Positions 8,146 to 18,189 of a stretch of DNA of 64,000 nucleotides are shown here, piece after piece. Below the pieces are notes generated by a model. The model made no database searches, was not told the origin of the DNA, and worked only from the letters and a program-made list of their open reading frames with translations. The translations under genes were made by a program, and so were the position numbers. Numbering within the stretch: the first letter of the stretch is position 1; each line of letters opens with the position of its first letter. The stretch is from positions 416,001 through 480,000 of the forward strand of contig CAXXWC010000021.1 of the NCBI GenBank assembly GCA_963668645.2, in the 5' to 3' direction. Origin of the DNA: Desulfobacterales bacterium. GTDB taxonomy: Bacteria; Desulfobacterota; Desulfobacteria; Desulfobacterales; UBA2174.

Positions 8146-9234
8146 ATGCCACCGTCGACCCGCTGGTCCCTTCTGCTGGGCGGCGCCGTGTCGGCCGGCG
8201 CGCTCTACCTGGCTTTTCGCAACGTGCCGCTGGGCATGCTGTGGCGCTACCTGGGGTCGGTGGACTACCGCTTTCTGTTTCTGGCCCTGGTTCTGGTGGG
8301 GCTGGTGCTGGTGGCCAAGGCCCTGCGCTGGCAGGTCATCTTGGGGGCTACCCGGCAAGTCGCTTTCATGCAGGCCTTTCATCCCATGATAATCGGGTTC
8401 ATGCTCAACTGCATCCTGCCCGGAAGGCTGGGCGAACTGGCCCGGCCGGCGATTTTGCGCCAGCAGAGCCAAGTTCCCTTCGCCACCGGGCTGGGCACCG
8501 TTTTGGCCGAGCGTATCCTGGACATGCTCACCCTGCTGGCCCTTTTCGCCTGGGTCCTGTCCGATCTTGACCTGGGCCGGGGCAAGGCGGTCACCCTGGG
8601 CGGACACCAGCTGGACGGCCCGGTCATCCTGGCCGCTGGGCGGGCCACCCTCTACATGGCTCTGATGGCCGTCGCGGCGGTGGTGCTCTTTACCCGGGAA
8701 CCGGTCCGCCGCCATGCCCTGAACATCATCCGGGGCCTGGTCGAGCTTTTCCCCGGGCTTTCAGCCTCGCGCCGCCAGTGGATCGAAAACCGGGTCATAC
8801 TGCCTTTGGGCGCCGGTCTGGACCACCTGGCATCCGGTCTCGTCCTGACCCGGCGTCCCTGGCGTCTGCTGGGCTGCATAGCTCTTTCAGCCCTCATCTG
8901 GCTGCTGACGGCCTTCTCCTATCATGTGTTGACCATCGGCTTTCCCGGCCTGCAACTGCACCTTTCGCAAACCGGGGCCATGATGGTGGTGATCTGCTTT
9001 TGCATCGCCCTGCCTTCCGTGCCGGGCTGGTGGGGGCTCTGGGAGGCCGGCGGTGTTTTTGCCCTGTCATTTTTCGGCGTCGCGGCCGGACCGGCCCTGG
9101 CCTTTACGCTGGTCAACCACGCGGCCCAGGTTTTTCCGGTGATCCTGATCGGCCTGGTCTCGATGCTGATCAGCGGGATGCGCCTGGACACGATCGGAAA
9201 GCTCACGCGCCGGTTCCAGGGAACGCCGGATTGA
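8146..9234 (+). CDS. Lysylphosphatidylglycerol synthase TM / flippase-like membrane protein (UPF0104)
   Basis: ALRWQVIL, NCILPGRLGELAR, ERILD, PSVPGWWG; multiple TM segments. Confidence 0.85.
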   Translation: MPPSTRWSLLLGGAVSAGALYLAFRNVPLGMLWRYLGSVDYRFLFLALVLVGLVLVAKALRWQVILGATRQVAFMQAFHPMIIGFMLNCILPGRLGELARPAILRQQSQVPFATGLGTVLAERILDMLTLLALFAWVLSDLDLGRGKAVTLGGHQLDGPVILAAGRATLYMALMAVAAVVLFTREPVRRHALNIIRGLVELFPGLSASRRQWIENRVILPLGAGLDHLASGLVLTRRPWRLLGCIALSALIWLLTAFSYHVLTIGFPGLQLHLSQTGAMMVVICFCIALPSVPGWWGLWEAGGVFALSFFGVAAGPALAFTLVNHAAQVFPVILIGLVSMLISGMRLDTIGKLTRRFQGTPD

Positions 9235-9339
9235 AAATCAGCCATCGCGTCTTAGTATAGACCTTTGATTAACCGGAAGGCGGTCCTTGCCCCGAAATCG
9301 AGGGCTGCGGCCTTAAAGATGCCCGGAGAGAACAAGCCC

Positions 9340-9852
9340 ATGGCCATCCGAGAAATCCTGACATATCCCGACCCGTTCCTGAAGCGTACGGTCAGCCCGG
9401 TCACCGCCTGGGACGAAGCGCTTCAAACCGTCATCGAAGACATGACCGAAACCATGTACGCCGAACCGGGCGTCGGCCTGGCGGCCACCCAGATCGGCCT
9501 GGATCAGCGCATCATCGTCTTTGACGTATCGCAGACCGACGGCCCGCGCCAACCCGGGGCCCTGATCAATCCCGAGATCGTGTTCACAGAGGGGAGCCAG
9601 CTCTCGGAAAACGAGGGGTGCCTGAGCGTTCCGGAGTTTCGCGCCGACGTGGAACGCTATCTGAAGGTGCGGGTCACGGGTTACAACCGTGAGGGCAAAC
9701 CGGTGGAAATGGAAGCCGAAGGGTTTCCGGCCATCGTCTTGCAGCACGAAATCGACCATCTCAACGGCGTGTTGTTCATCGACCGCATCAGCCGCCTCAA
9801 ACGCGAAATCTACAAGCGCAGGGTGCGCAAACAACTCAAGCAATCCACATGA
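9340..9852 (+). CDS. def: Peptide deformylase
   Basis: GVGLAATQIG, EGCLSVP, QHEIDHLNG. Confidence 0.97.
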   Translation: MAIREILTYPDPFLKRTVSPVTAWDEALQTVIEDMTETMYAEPGVGLAATQIGLDQRIIVFDVSQTDGPRQPGALINPEIVFTEGSQLSENEGCLSVPEFRADVERYLKVRVTGYNREGKPVEMEAEGFPAIVLQHEIDHLNGVLFIDRISRLKREIYKRRVRKQLKQST

Positions 9853-10793
9853 ACGCAGCCCCCCTTTCCATCGTTTACATGGGCACGCCCGAATTCGCCG
9901 TGCCCTGCCTGGAATCCCTGGCCGCAGCCGGGCACCGCATCCTGGCCGTCGTCACCCAGCCGGACCGCCCCCGGGGCCGGGGCCGCCGTTTCAGCCCGCC
10001 GCCGGTCAAGGTGGCGGCCCAAGGCCTGGATCTGCCGGTGCTCCAGCCCACCCGGTTGCGCGATGCGGATACGGTCGAAGCCCTGGCTGCCTTCCAGGCC
10101 GATCTTTTCGTGGTGGTGGCCTATGGCCGGATCCTGCCGCCACCACTTCTCGCCTTGCCGCGTCTCGGCGCGGTGAACGTGCACGCCTCGCTGCTGCCGA
10201 AGTACCGCGGGCCCGCGCCCATCCAGTGGGCCATCATCAACCGCGAGCCTAGCACCGGGGTGACGACCATGATGATGGATGCAGGCCTGGATACCGGAGA
10301 GCTTCTCCTTGCGGCCGAAACCCGGCTGGGGCCCGACGAAACCGCTTCCAGCCTGCACGACCGCCTGGCGCGCATGGGCGCCGAGCTGCTGGTGGAGACC
10401 GTGGCCGGTCTGGCGGCCGGCGAACTGACGCCAGTGGCCCAGGACCAAGGCCGGGCCACCTACGCCCCGATGCTCACCCGGGACCATGGCCGTATCGATT
10501 GGGCCCGTTGCGCTGCGGAAATCGACGCCCTGATCCGGGGCCTGACCCCCTGGCCCGGGGCCTTTACTTTTTGCGGCCAGCAGCGCTGGAAGATCATCAG
10601 CGCCAGGCCGGCCGAAACCGACGCCCGGGCCGAGCCGGGGACCGTCATCCCGGGGTTTGCCGACGAACTGTGGGTCATGACCGGGGATGGCGCCCTGGTC
10701 ATCGACCGGATCCAGGCCGCTTCCAGCAAACAGCTTTGCACCGCTCAATTTCTGTGCGGAACCCCGGTGGTTCCCGGCACCCGCCTCGGCTGA
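9849..10793 (+). CDS. fmt: Methionyl-tRNA formyltransferase
   Basis: YMGTPEFA, VVTQPDRPRGRG, NVHASLLPKYRGPAPIQWA; follows def. Confidence 0.97.
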   Translation: MNAAPLSIVYMGTPEFAVPCLESLAAAGHRILAVVTQPDRPRGRGRRFSPPPVKVAAQGLDLPVLQPTRLRDADTVEALAAFQADLFVVVAYGRILPPPLLALPRLGAVNVHASLLPKYRGPAPIQWAIINREPSTGVTTMMMDAGLDTGELLLAAETRLGPDETASSLHDRLARMGAELLVETVAGLAAGELTPVAQDQGRATYAPMLTRDHGRIDWARCAAEIDALIRGLTPWPGAFTFCGQQRWKIISARPAETDARAEPGTVIPGFADELWVMTGDGALVIDRIQAASSKQLCTAQFLCGTPVVPGTRLG

Positions 10794-12169
10794 TGCCTGC
10801 CGCTGCCGCAAGCGACGATGCCCGTCGCATCGCCCTTGAAATTCTCGAGGAGCTGGACAAGGGCCGCACCACCCTGGACCGGCTCATGGAAAAGGCCCTG
10901 GGGGCCCATTCCCACCTCCAACGGCGCGACCGGGCCCTGGTCTTCGCCCTGACCTACGGGGTGCAGCGCTGGCGCCGCCGCCTTGATTGGGTGGCGGCCC
11001 ATTTCGCTTCGCGCCCCTTTTCCCGAATCGATCCCACGGTCCGCAACATCCTGCGCCTGGCCCTGTTTCAGATCCTTTTCTTTTCCCGGGTACCGCCGGC
11101 CGCCGCGGTCCACACGGCCGTGGAGATGACCAAGGCCAAGGTCCGGCCCGCCGCCCCTTTCGTCAACGCACTGCTGCGCAATGCCCTGCGCCACCGCGCT
11201 CAGGTCCCCTTCCCCGATCCGGCCAAGGATCCGGTGGCGGCCCTGGGAGTGGAATTGTCCTTTCCCGACTGGATTCTGGCCCGCTGGATGACCCGTGACG
11301 GTGCGGCCGCCACCCGGGCCCGCTGCGAGGCGGCCAACCGCATCCCCCTGCTCACCGTGCGCGCCAATACCCTGAAGATCGACCGCGAGCGCCTGGCCGC
11401 GGACTGGAGCGGCCGGGAACTCGATGTGCGCCCTACGCTGATGGCCCCGGACGGGATTGTGGTCGGCGGATTTCAAGGCGCCGTGGATACCCTGGCAGGG
11501 TTTGCCGAAGGTTATTTTCAGGTACAGGACGAAGCTGCCCAGTTGGCGGGCCTCATCCTGGCGCCGCAACCCGGAGAGCGGATCCTGGATGCCTGCGCCG
11601 GCCTGGGCGGTAAGACCGGGCACCTGGCGGCCCTGGCCGCCGATCGGGCCTGCATTGTGGCCACCGACCGATCCCCGGACCGGCTGGCGGCGTTGCAAAT
11701 CGAAATGCGCCGCCTCGGGGTGTGCGGCGTCGAAACCCGGATCGCAGATTGGACCGCGGCCCCGGCGCCCAGGGACGAACCGGCCTTCGACAAAATCCTC
11801 ATCGATGCCCCCTGCTCCGGATTGGGGGTTCTGGGCCGCAACCCGGATGCCCGCTGGCATCGCCGGCAAGCAGACCTTACCCGCTACGCCCGGCGCCAGC
11901 AGGCCATCCTGGCCAATCTGGCCGATCTTCTCAAGCCCGGCGGCACCCTGGTTTACGTCGTATGCAGCATCGAACCTGAAGAATCGATCGATGTGATCGG
12001 CAGTTTCCTGCACCAGCGGCCCGATTACACGCTGCCGGCGCCGCCAGCGCCGTTGGTGTCCCGCATCGGCCGGCTGATCCGCGCCGACGGCGCCATTCTC
12101 ACCGACCCCGGCCGGGATCCCCTGGACGGCTTCTACATGGCCTGCCTGAAGCGCACCAAGCGGGCCTGA
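10793..12169 (+). CDS. rsmB: 16S rRNA m5C967 methyltransferase RsmB
   Basis: NusB-like N-domain, VQDEAAQ, LDACAGLGGKT, DAPCSGLG, YVVCS; def-fmt-rsmB order. Confidence 0.93.
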   Translation: MPAAAASDDARRIALEILEELDKGRTTLDRLMEKALGAHSHLQRRDRALVFALTYGVQRWRRRLDWVAAHFASRPFSRIDPTVRNILRLALFQILFFSRVPPAAAVHTAVEMTKAKVRPAAPFVNALLRNALRHRAQVPFPDPAKDPVAALGVELSFPDWILARWMTRDGAAATRARCEAANRIPLLTVRANTLKIDRERLAADWSGRELDVRPTLMAPDGIVVGGFQGAVDTLAGFAEGYFQVQDEAAQLAGLILAPQPGERILDACAGLGGKTGHLAALAADRACIVATDRSPDRLAALQIEMRRLGVCGVETRIADWTAAPAPRDEPAFDKILIDAPCSGLGVLGRNPDARWHRRQADLTRYARRQQAILANLADLLKPGGTLVYVVCSIEPEESIDVIGSFLHQRPDYTLPAPPAPLVSRIGRLIRADGAILTDPGRDPLDGFYMACLKRTKRA

Positions 12170-12206
12170 CCCTTCCGGATATGGGGTTTCGGCTCACAAT
12201 CAGGGC

Positions 12207-12235
12207 TTGTCAAGCCGTCTTTAGCGTTGTATAGA
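12207..12235 (+). promoter_or_regulatory. Putative sigma70 promoter
   Basis: TTGTCA-N17-TATAGA upstream of ORF 12295. Confidence 0.5.
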
Positions 12236-12294
12236 ACCTTGTTCAATAACTATCAGTCCTTCGTTAAATCCCTTCATCTTTCGGAAATGTTGAT

Positions 12295-12804
12295 ATGCCT
12301 CGAGATTTCCTCGACGACATGATCAATTCCCTCGGCCGGGTGTTGCCGTCGCTTCCCATGGCGCTCAAGGAAATCCTGATTCTCAGCGGCATGCCCGGGG
12401 AAACCGAGAATCTGCGCTACCTGGCCTACAATCGCCATCAGATTTCGGATGCGGGCCGCGAGCTGACGTTTTCAGCCGTGGCGGCCATCAACAACCGGCG
12501 CATGGCGCAATGGCGCCTGGAAGGACTTGCCCGAAAAGTGAGCCGCATCGTTTTCCATCCCCTCTGGACCCGGCGCAACCCCATGGATTATTTCCTCAAT
12601 ACCGTCCGGTGCAGTGCGGCTATGACTAACCTTCTGGCCGCTTCACGCAGCGATTATACCCTTTTGGGGATTCTGAGCATCGAACAGCCCCAGCAAAAGC
12701 GCACCACTGGCCTCACCCGGCCGGTGATCACGGTTCCCGGCCTGTCTGCGGCCCACCTTGAAACGGTGACCGCCTTCGAGATCGCCAATCAGATCCGCTC
12801 CTGA
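12295..12804 (+). CDS. Hypothetical protein
   Basis: 169-aa ORF filling the gap, with an upstream promoter; no family recognised. Confidence 0.6.
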   Translation: MPRDFLDDMINSLGRVLPSLPMALKEILILSGMPGETENLRYLAYNRHQISDAGRELTFSAVAAINNRRMAQWRLEGLARKVSRIVFHPLWTRRNPMDYFLNTVRCSAAMTNLLAASRSDYTLLGILSIEQPQQKRTTGLTRPVITVPGLSAAHLETVTAFEIANQIRS

Positions 12805-12904
12805 TCGGCCACCGCCCGGATCATGGATCGCGCTTGAGGATTCTCCGTCCAGGCCCATCTTCCGGTTTTCCCTGAAGTGGCTTCAAGCACGAATTGGACT
12901 GCAT

Positions 12905-12949
12905 AAAAAAGACGGGCCGCAGGCGATGGTGCCCTGCATGCCCGTCTTT
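12905..12949 (-). terminator. Intrinsic terminator after the TerC gene
   Basis: AAAGACGGGC...GCCCGTCTTT stem with a T-run on the minus strand. Confidence 0.65.
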
Positions 12950-12987
12950 AAGGAGCCGGCGCTGGATAGCGTGGCACCCGAATGATG

Positions 12988-13767
12988 TCAGCCATTCTTT
13001 GCCGCCATGGGGGCCGGTTCCGCCGCGCTTGCCATGGCCGGCACGCTACCGGCCGTTTCGGTTTTTCCGGCCGCCTCCTTGCGCCGGGCCAGCAGCATCT
13101 TGGCCAGCCCGCAGACAAAGACGATAAAAAGAAGTTCGGTGCCGTACACCATCCATTTGGACGGATGAAGCAGGCCGACGACCCACCCGTCGGTGATCAT
13201 CATCTCGCCGCCCACCTTGCCCAGGATCCCGGCCCCGATCCACAGGATGATGGGGTAGCGGTCCATCAGGTTGGCCAGGATGTTGCTCATGAAAACCACG
13301 AAGGGGATCGAAAGCCCCAGGCCGAAGATCAGCAGGAACATGTTGCCGTGGCTGGCCGCCCCGACCCCGAGCATGTTGTCGATGCCCATGCTCATGTCGG
13401 CCACGATGATGATCCACAGGGCCTGCCAGATGCTGCCGGCTTCCTTGCCGTGAGCCTCGTCCTCGGCCCCTTCGGTGAGCAGCTTGACAGCGATCCAGAT
13501 GATCACCGCCCCGCCCACCAGTTTGACATATTTGAGCGCCAGGAGTTGGGCGACAAGGAAGGTGGCAATGACCCGGATCACCACCGCTCCGCCCGCACCC
13601 AGGGCGATTCCCCATGTGCGTTGTCGCTTGGGCAGGTTCTTGACCGCCATGGCGATCACCACGGCATTGTCGCCGGCCAGAACCAGATCGATGAGCGTAA
13701 TGCTCAACACCGCCATGAAAAAGTGCCAGGTAAACTCGATGTGTCCAAACATGCCTAAATCAATCAT
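12988..13767 (-). CDS. TerC family (YjbE-like) membrane protein
   Basis: IDLVLAGDNAVVIAMA, IIIVADMSMGIDNMLGVGAAS, GLGLSIP; AGGAGG SD. Confidence 0.9.
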   Translation of the reverse strand: MIDLGMFGHIEFTWHFFMAVLSITLIDLVLAGDNAVVIAMAVKNLPKRQRTWGIALGAGGAVVIRVIATFLVAQLLALKYVKLVGGAVIIWIAVKLLTEGAEDEAHGKEAGSIWQALWIIIVADMSMGIDNMLGVGAASHGNMFLLIFGLGLSIPFVVFMSNILANLMDRYPIILWIGAGILGKVGGEMMITDGWVVGLLHPSKWMVYGTELLFIVFVCGLAKMLLARRKEAAGKTETAGSVPAMASAAEPAPMAAKNG

Positions 13768-13854
13768 CGCCGCTCTCCTCCTTTTTAAGATTTTAAGGGG
13801 TTGCCTCAAGTGGCAATGGAAACAGCCGGAAAGGATTATTGGGAATCATTCCAA

Positions 13855-13870
13855 AGCAACTTGCATACCA
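13855..13870 (-). promoter_or_regulatory. Sigma54 -24/-12 promoter of the TerC gene
   Basis: Minus strand TGGTATGCAAGTTGCT (GG-N10-GC). Confidence 0.65.
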
Positions 13871-14126
13871 CCGTCGGGAGAATGACGGCGAATGCGCCAA
13901 CCAACTGCTCTAATTTTGTTTTTTCACCGATTGGATCAGGGGCGGCCTTTAAAAATTTGTGCTGAAGGCCCTCTTTAGAATCATTCGGGTTACAGCCAGA
14001 TGAAACAAACAAGAGACATGCGGTTGCTTCGCCGCTGCGGCCAGGCGCGGAAAACTCTTTGATGAAAAACCGCCGGCTGTGGTAATCTCCTGCAGTTAAA
14101 ATACCTTTCAAACGCCGGGATTACCG

Positions 14127-14666
14127 ATGGTGCCGAGCAACCCGCAAAAAGACAACCTGACCGCTGCAGATCCGATGGCTCAGGCGGTCGAGACACTTTT
14201 CGCCTTTGCCATCGACCGTGAGGATGTCAAGTGGTCCCTGGAGCGTCTGCCGGCCGCGAGCCCGGCACTGCAAAACACGGTGGCATACGAGCTTCAGGCC
14301 CTTAAAATCATCACGGTTGGATGGAGCATCACCTTCTTGCTGGCCGACAGCCCCAACAAACACTCGCTGCAACAGGCCTACTGGCAGGCGGTGCAGCAAT
14401 TTGCCGGCAGTCTGTCCAGCAACGCCGGACTGCTCATCGGCCACGAGATCGACTATTTTGGCGTTCTCAAGCAACGACTGGAAATCTACCTGGCCGCCAT
14501 CCGGGACAGCCCGCAGGCCGGCGACCCGTCGCAGATTGTCGGGCCGGCCTTTGCCGGCGCGTGCGGGGTGCCCCAGGACCTGCCGGTTGCCATGGCCGGT
14601 GCCCGCATGTTCAAAAACACCCTTGAACGGGTGCACGCCTACCTGACGGACCTGAAAAACTGCTGA
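14127..14666 (+). CDS. Hypothetical protein
   Basis: 179-aa helical ORF with host-like codon usage, first gene of a + strand run. Confidence 0.65.
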   Translation: MVPSNPQKDNLTAADPMAQAVETLFAFAIDREDVKWSLERLPAASPALQNTVAYELQALKIITVGWSITFLLADSPNKHSLQQAYWQAVQQFAGSLSSNAGLLIGHEIDYFGVLKQRLEIYLAAIRDSPQAGDPSQIVGPAFAGACGVPQDLPVAMAGARMFKNTLERVHAYLTDLKNC

Positions 14667-14673
14667 ATCAAGC

Positions 14674-15180
14674 ATGGAGGTGTTTTCTTTGTCCTGTAAT
14701 CAAAGCTGCCATTACAAATACATCGCCTCACCCATCGGACTGGTGGAGATCTGCGCCGATGACAAGGCCCTGCGATCCATCGATTTCGTCGACCACCCGC
14801 GTCACCTCAGTAACAGCAATGCCGTGCTGGATAAAACGGCCGTGCAGATGGGCGACTATTTCAAAGGGGTGCGCAACCATTTCGATATTCCCCTGGCCTT
14901 GAAGGGGACCGAGTTCCAGTTGGCCGTCTGGCACCAGTTGATGCAGATCCCTTACGGCTGTATGGTTTCATACCGCGACATCGCCCAGGATATCGGACGG
15001 CCCCGCGCGGTGCGGGCGGTCGGTGCGGCCAACGGCCGCAATCCCATCGCCATCATCGTCCCCTGCCATCGGGTGATCGGCGCCGACGGGCAGTTGACCG
15101 GATACGCCAGCGGGCTGTGGCGAAAGGCCTGGCTCCTGCAGCACGAGGGGCACAAAGAAATCCGGCATGAACAGCGATAA
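14674..15180 (+). CDS. ogt: Methylated-DNA--protein-cysteine methyltransferase
   Basis: GTEFQLAVW, IPYG, RAVGAANGRNPIAIIVPCHRVIG. Confidence 0.93.
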   Translation: MEVFSLSCNQSCHYKYIASPIGLVEICADDKALRSIDFVDHPRHLSNSNAVLDKTAVQMGDYFKGVRNHFDIPLALKGTEFQLAVWHQLMQIPYGCMVSYRDIAQDIGRPRAVRAVGAANGRNPIAIIVPCHRVIGADGQLTGYASGLWRKAWLLQHEGHKEIRHEQR

Positions 15181-15206
15181 CACCCCTTTCCCATGATTGG
15201 CTCCCC

Positions 15207-15680
15207 ATGCCCAAAACCCTGCTGTATCGTCTCTTTCGTATCGGTGCGCTGCCCAGATCCGAACGTACCGGCCTGGAAAGTGAAGGGTTGTGCTACCTGG
15301 ATGAAGGCATCCCCCTGACCATCAGTTGGCGCCATTATCGCGAGCCGAATCGCTACATCGCCCGGCACCGCCAGAGCCTGACCGGTACCGTGGCCCTGAC
15401 CCGGCGCCGTTTGCTGATTTTTGCCGCCTCTCAACTCCAGCTGGAGCTGGACCTGCAGGATCCCGCCAGCGAGCGAATAGACGTCAGTCAACCGACAGCC
15501 GGTACCTTCGCAGTGGCCCTCAACGCCGAAGACTTCCACCCGGGATGCAGCGGCCGGATTACATACTGGCTGTCCACCGCCGGGGCCTCGACCCTGGCTG
15601 ACCTGTGGCAAAAGCGCCCGGCACCTGCAAACCATCCAGAGGATGCTTCATGCTCGACGCGCTTGTCAGCATCGCCCTGA
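15207..15680 (+). CDS. Hypothetical protein
   Basis: 157-aa ORF in operon-like arrangement. Confidence 0.55.
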   Translation: MPKTLLYRLFRIGALPRSERTGLESEGLCYLDEGIPLTISWRHYREPNRYIARHRQSLTGTVALTRRRLLIFAASQLQLELDLQDPASERIDVSQPTAGTFAVALNAEDFHPGCSGRITYWLSTAGASTLADLWQKRPAPANHPEDASCSTRLSASP

Positions 15681-16228
15681 TTTTAGTGATCCTGGTTTTC
15701 ACCGCGGGTATGTCGGTGATGGTCATATTCCTGGCCAGCTACCTCATCGGCGGTTCACCTTACGAGGCAACCCCCCTGCAAGTGCTGCAGTGTATGCTGG
15801 AAGCGGCCCAGATCAAAGCCGGAGAAAAAGTCTACGATCTGGGGTGCGGCGACGGCCGCCTTTTGATCGAAGCCAACCGCCAGTACGCGGCCATTGCTGT
15901 GGGTATCGAGGTTTCACCGTTTTTCTGCTGGATTTCCAAACTCAAGTCACGGATCGCCCAGGCGCAAATCACCATCGTACGAGGCAATTTCTTTCAGGTC
16001 GATTTCAGCGATGCAGACGTGGTGTTCTGTTACCTGCTGCCCGGCCAGATGAAGCGGCTGGTCCCCCGCTTTGCCCGACTCAGGCCCCAAGCGCGCATCG
16101 TTTCGCTGCGATTCGAAATCCCCGGCTGGAAACCGTTTCAACGGATCACCGAGGACGGCAAGCGCCAGATTCCAAGGATCTGGGTCTACCGGGCCTCGGG
16201 CATCGCCCAAACAGACAACCCGGCTTGA
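15650..16228 (+). CDS. Class I SAM-dependent methyltransferase with N-terminal TM anchor
   Basis: Hydrophobic N-terminus, PYEATP, VYDLGCGDGR, GIEVS, DADVVFCYL. Confidence 0.8.
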   Translation: MLDALVSIALILVILVFTAGMSVMVIFLASYLIGGSPYEATPLQVLQCMLEAAQIKAGEKVYDLGCGDGRLLIEANRQYAAIAVGIEVSPFFCWISKLKSRIAQAQITIVRGNFFQVDFSDADVVFCYLLPGQMKRLVPRFARLRPQARIVSLRFEIPGWKPFQRITEDGKRQIPRIWVYRASGIAQTDNPA

Positions 16229-16259
16229 CGAACGGCCCGGCTTGCACCATGCTGTACCT

Positions 16260-17447
16260 ATGCACACAGTGATCATCAAAGTCCGGCGCGATCATTCCCT
16301 GCGCCGCCGTCATCCCTGGGTCTTTTCCGGGGCCATCGCCCGGGTTATCGGCAGGCCGGAACCTGGAGAAACCGTGGCCCTCTTTACCGCCGATGGTCAA
16401 TCCCTCGGCCTGGGCGCCTACTCACCTGCCTCGCAAATCCGCGTGCGGCTCTGGGACGCGGACGAAAAGTGCAGCATCGACGCCGATTTTTTCCGCCGGC
16501 GTATCGCCCGCGCCGCCACGCGCCGGCAGGGTTGCCCCGGACTGCAGCAAACCGACGCCTACCGGTTGATCAACGCGGAATCCGACGGATTGCCCGGCCT
16601 GATCGTTGACCGGTACGCGGATTTTGCCGTGTGTCAGTTTCTGGCCGCCGGAGCGGAGGCCTGGAAACGGGATATCGTGGCGGCCCTGCACCAGCAAATT
16701 CCCCTGAGCGGCATTTTCGAGCGTTCCGACCCCGAGGTGCGCGGCAAAGAGGGCTTGCCGCCGGCCACGGGCAGCTTGTGGGGTGAGGCGCCCCCACAGC
16801 CGATCGCGATCCGCGAAGGCCCCTTGAGTTTCGAGGTGGATGTCTATAACGGTCACAAGACCGGCTTTTACCTGGACCAGCGTGAAAATCGCCGCTTGCT
16901 GGGCGCCTATGCCAGCGAGGCCGAGGTGCTCAACGCCTTCAGCTACACCGGGGCCTTCGGCCTCTGGGCCCTTCACGGCGGTGCGAGCAGCGTCACCCAG
17001 ATCGATTCGGCCGGCGAAGCCCTGGCAGCGGCCGACCGGCATACCCGCTTGAACAGTTTTGCAGCCCAGAGCGTAACGCTGATCCAGGCCGACGTCTTCC
17101 AGCAACTGCGCCGCTTCCGTGATGAGGGGCGCCGCTTCGATCTGATCGTGCTCGATCCGCCCAAATTCGCCGCCTCCAGCAGCCAGGTTTCCCGAGCGGC
17201 CCGCGGCTACAAGGACATCAACCTGCTCGCTTTCAAGCTGCTGAGGCCCGGCGGGCGGCTTTTCACCTTTTCCTGCTCCGGCCACATCGAGCGCAACCTG
17301 TTCCAGAAGATCGTCAGCGACGCTGCGCTGGATGCCGAACGCAGCGCCTGCATCCTCCATCACCTGGGCCAGGCCACCGACCATCCGGTGGCGCTGAATT
17401 TTCCCGAGGGGGAATATCTGAAAGGAATGGCGATCCAGGCGGATTGA
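16260..17447 (+). CDS. rlmI: 23S rRNA m5C1962 methyltransferase RlmI family
   Basis: RRHPWVFSGAI (PUA), ESDGLPGLIVDRY, GHKTGFYLDQRENR, LDPPKF, TFSCS, EGEYLK. Confidence 0.9.
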   Translation: MHTVIIKVRRDHSLRRRHPWVFSGAIARVIGRPEPGETVALFTADGQSLGLGAYSPASQIRVRLWDADEKCSIDADFFRRRIARAATRRQGCPGLQQTDAYRLINAESDGLPGLIVDRYADFAVCQFLAAGAEAWKRDIVAALHQQIPLSGIFERSDPEVRGKEGLPPATGSLWGEAPPQPIAIREGPLSFEVDVYNGHKTGFYLDQRENRRLLGAYASEAEVLNAFSYTGAFGLWALHGGASSVTQIDSAGEALAAADRHTRLNSFAAQSVTLIQADVFQQLRRFRDEGRRFDLIVLDPPKFAASSSQVSRAARGYKDINLLAFKLLRPGGRLFTFSCSGHIERNLFQKIVSDAALDAERSACILHHLGQATDHPVALNFPEGEYLKGMAIQAD

Positions 17448-17483
17448 AAAAGGATCGTTCTGGCGCAGCATTCAGGAAAGATC

Positions 17484-18179
17484 ATGCGCACAACCCTTGC
17501 CCGCATCGTGGCCCGGCATCCAGCCACAAACTTGATTCCCAGAGCGTTCATGATCGCCTGGCACGGGGTTCCGATCCTGGCTTACCAGGGTTTCAGCCCT
17601 TCGCTGGCAGGTTTGAAACAAAACATCCGCCGCACCCTGCGCCAGCTGCCCCCCGAAGCGCCGGGCAGCCGCTGGCCCAAGACCACCCTCGGCGCCCTGC
17701 CGGATGAAAGGCCCATCGGTCTCAACGAGCTGCGCCAACTGCGGGCTTTGTGCCACCGCATGACCGCCGAACTGGTCGCCACGGCCAAGATGGTGCCGGT
17801 GACCAGCCTCGAGTGGGTCGAGTATGAATGCCGCAGCCTGGAACGGCGCAGCGAAACCCTGACCATGCCGCTCAAACAAACGCCGGCACCGCCCATCGAA
17901 ACTCCCGAGCCCGGCGAGCGCCAGCGCGTTGAGACGATTTTGCGCGGATTGTGCAGCGCCAATCTGGCGGCCTATCTGTCTTTGGTCAACCGCACGGGAC
18001 ACCGCGTAGACCACTACCGGCTGCGATCCATCGGACGCAGCCTGGTCTTCGATCTGGCAGACAAGGCTCCGGCGTTGATCGAAACATTCATCAGCGAGGT
18101 GGAAGGGATCATGCCCGGCCGCTATGCATGGTTCGTGCCCGGGCGCCGCCATGTCACCATCCACCGGCTTTCCAAGTAG
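17484..18179 (+). CDS. Hypothetical protein, possible degenerate 2H-phosphoesterase fold
   Basis: WPKTTLG and RHVTI motifs. Confidence 0.5.
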   Translation: MRTTLARIVARHPATNLIPRAFMIAWHGVPILAYQGFSPSLAGLKQNIRRTLRQLPPEAPGSRWPKTTLGALPDERPIGLNELRQLRALCHRMTAELVATAKMVPVTSLEWVEYECRSLERRSETLTMPLKQTPAPPIETPEPGERQRVETILRGLCSANLAAYLSLVNRTGHRVDHYRLRSIGRSLVFDLADKAPALIETFISEVEGIMPGRYAWFVPGRRHVTIHRLSK

Positions 18180-18189
18180 GACGGATCGT

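Noticed and set aside
13770..14120. yybP-ykoY riboswitch upstream of TerC
   Set aside because: Conserved elements not recognisable by eye; a sigma54 promoter explains the region; an Infernal scan would settle it
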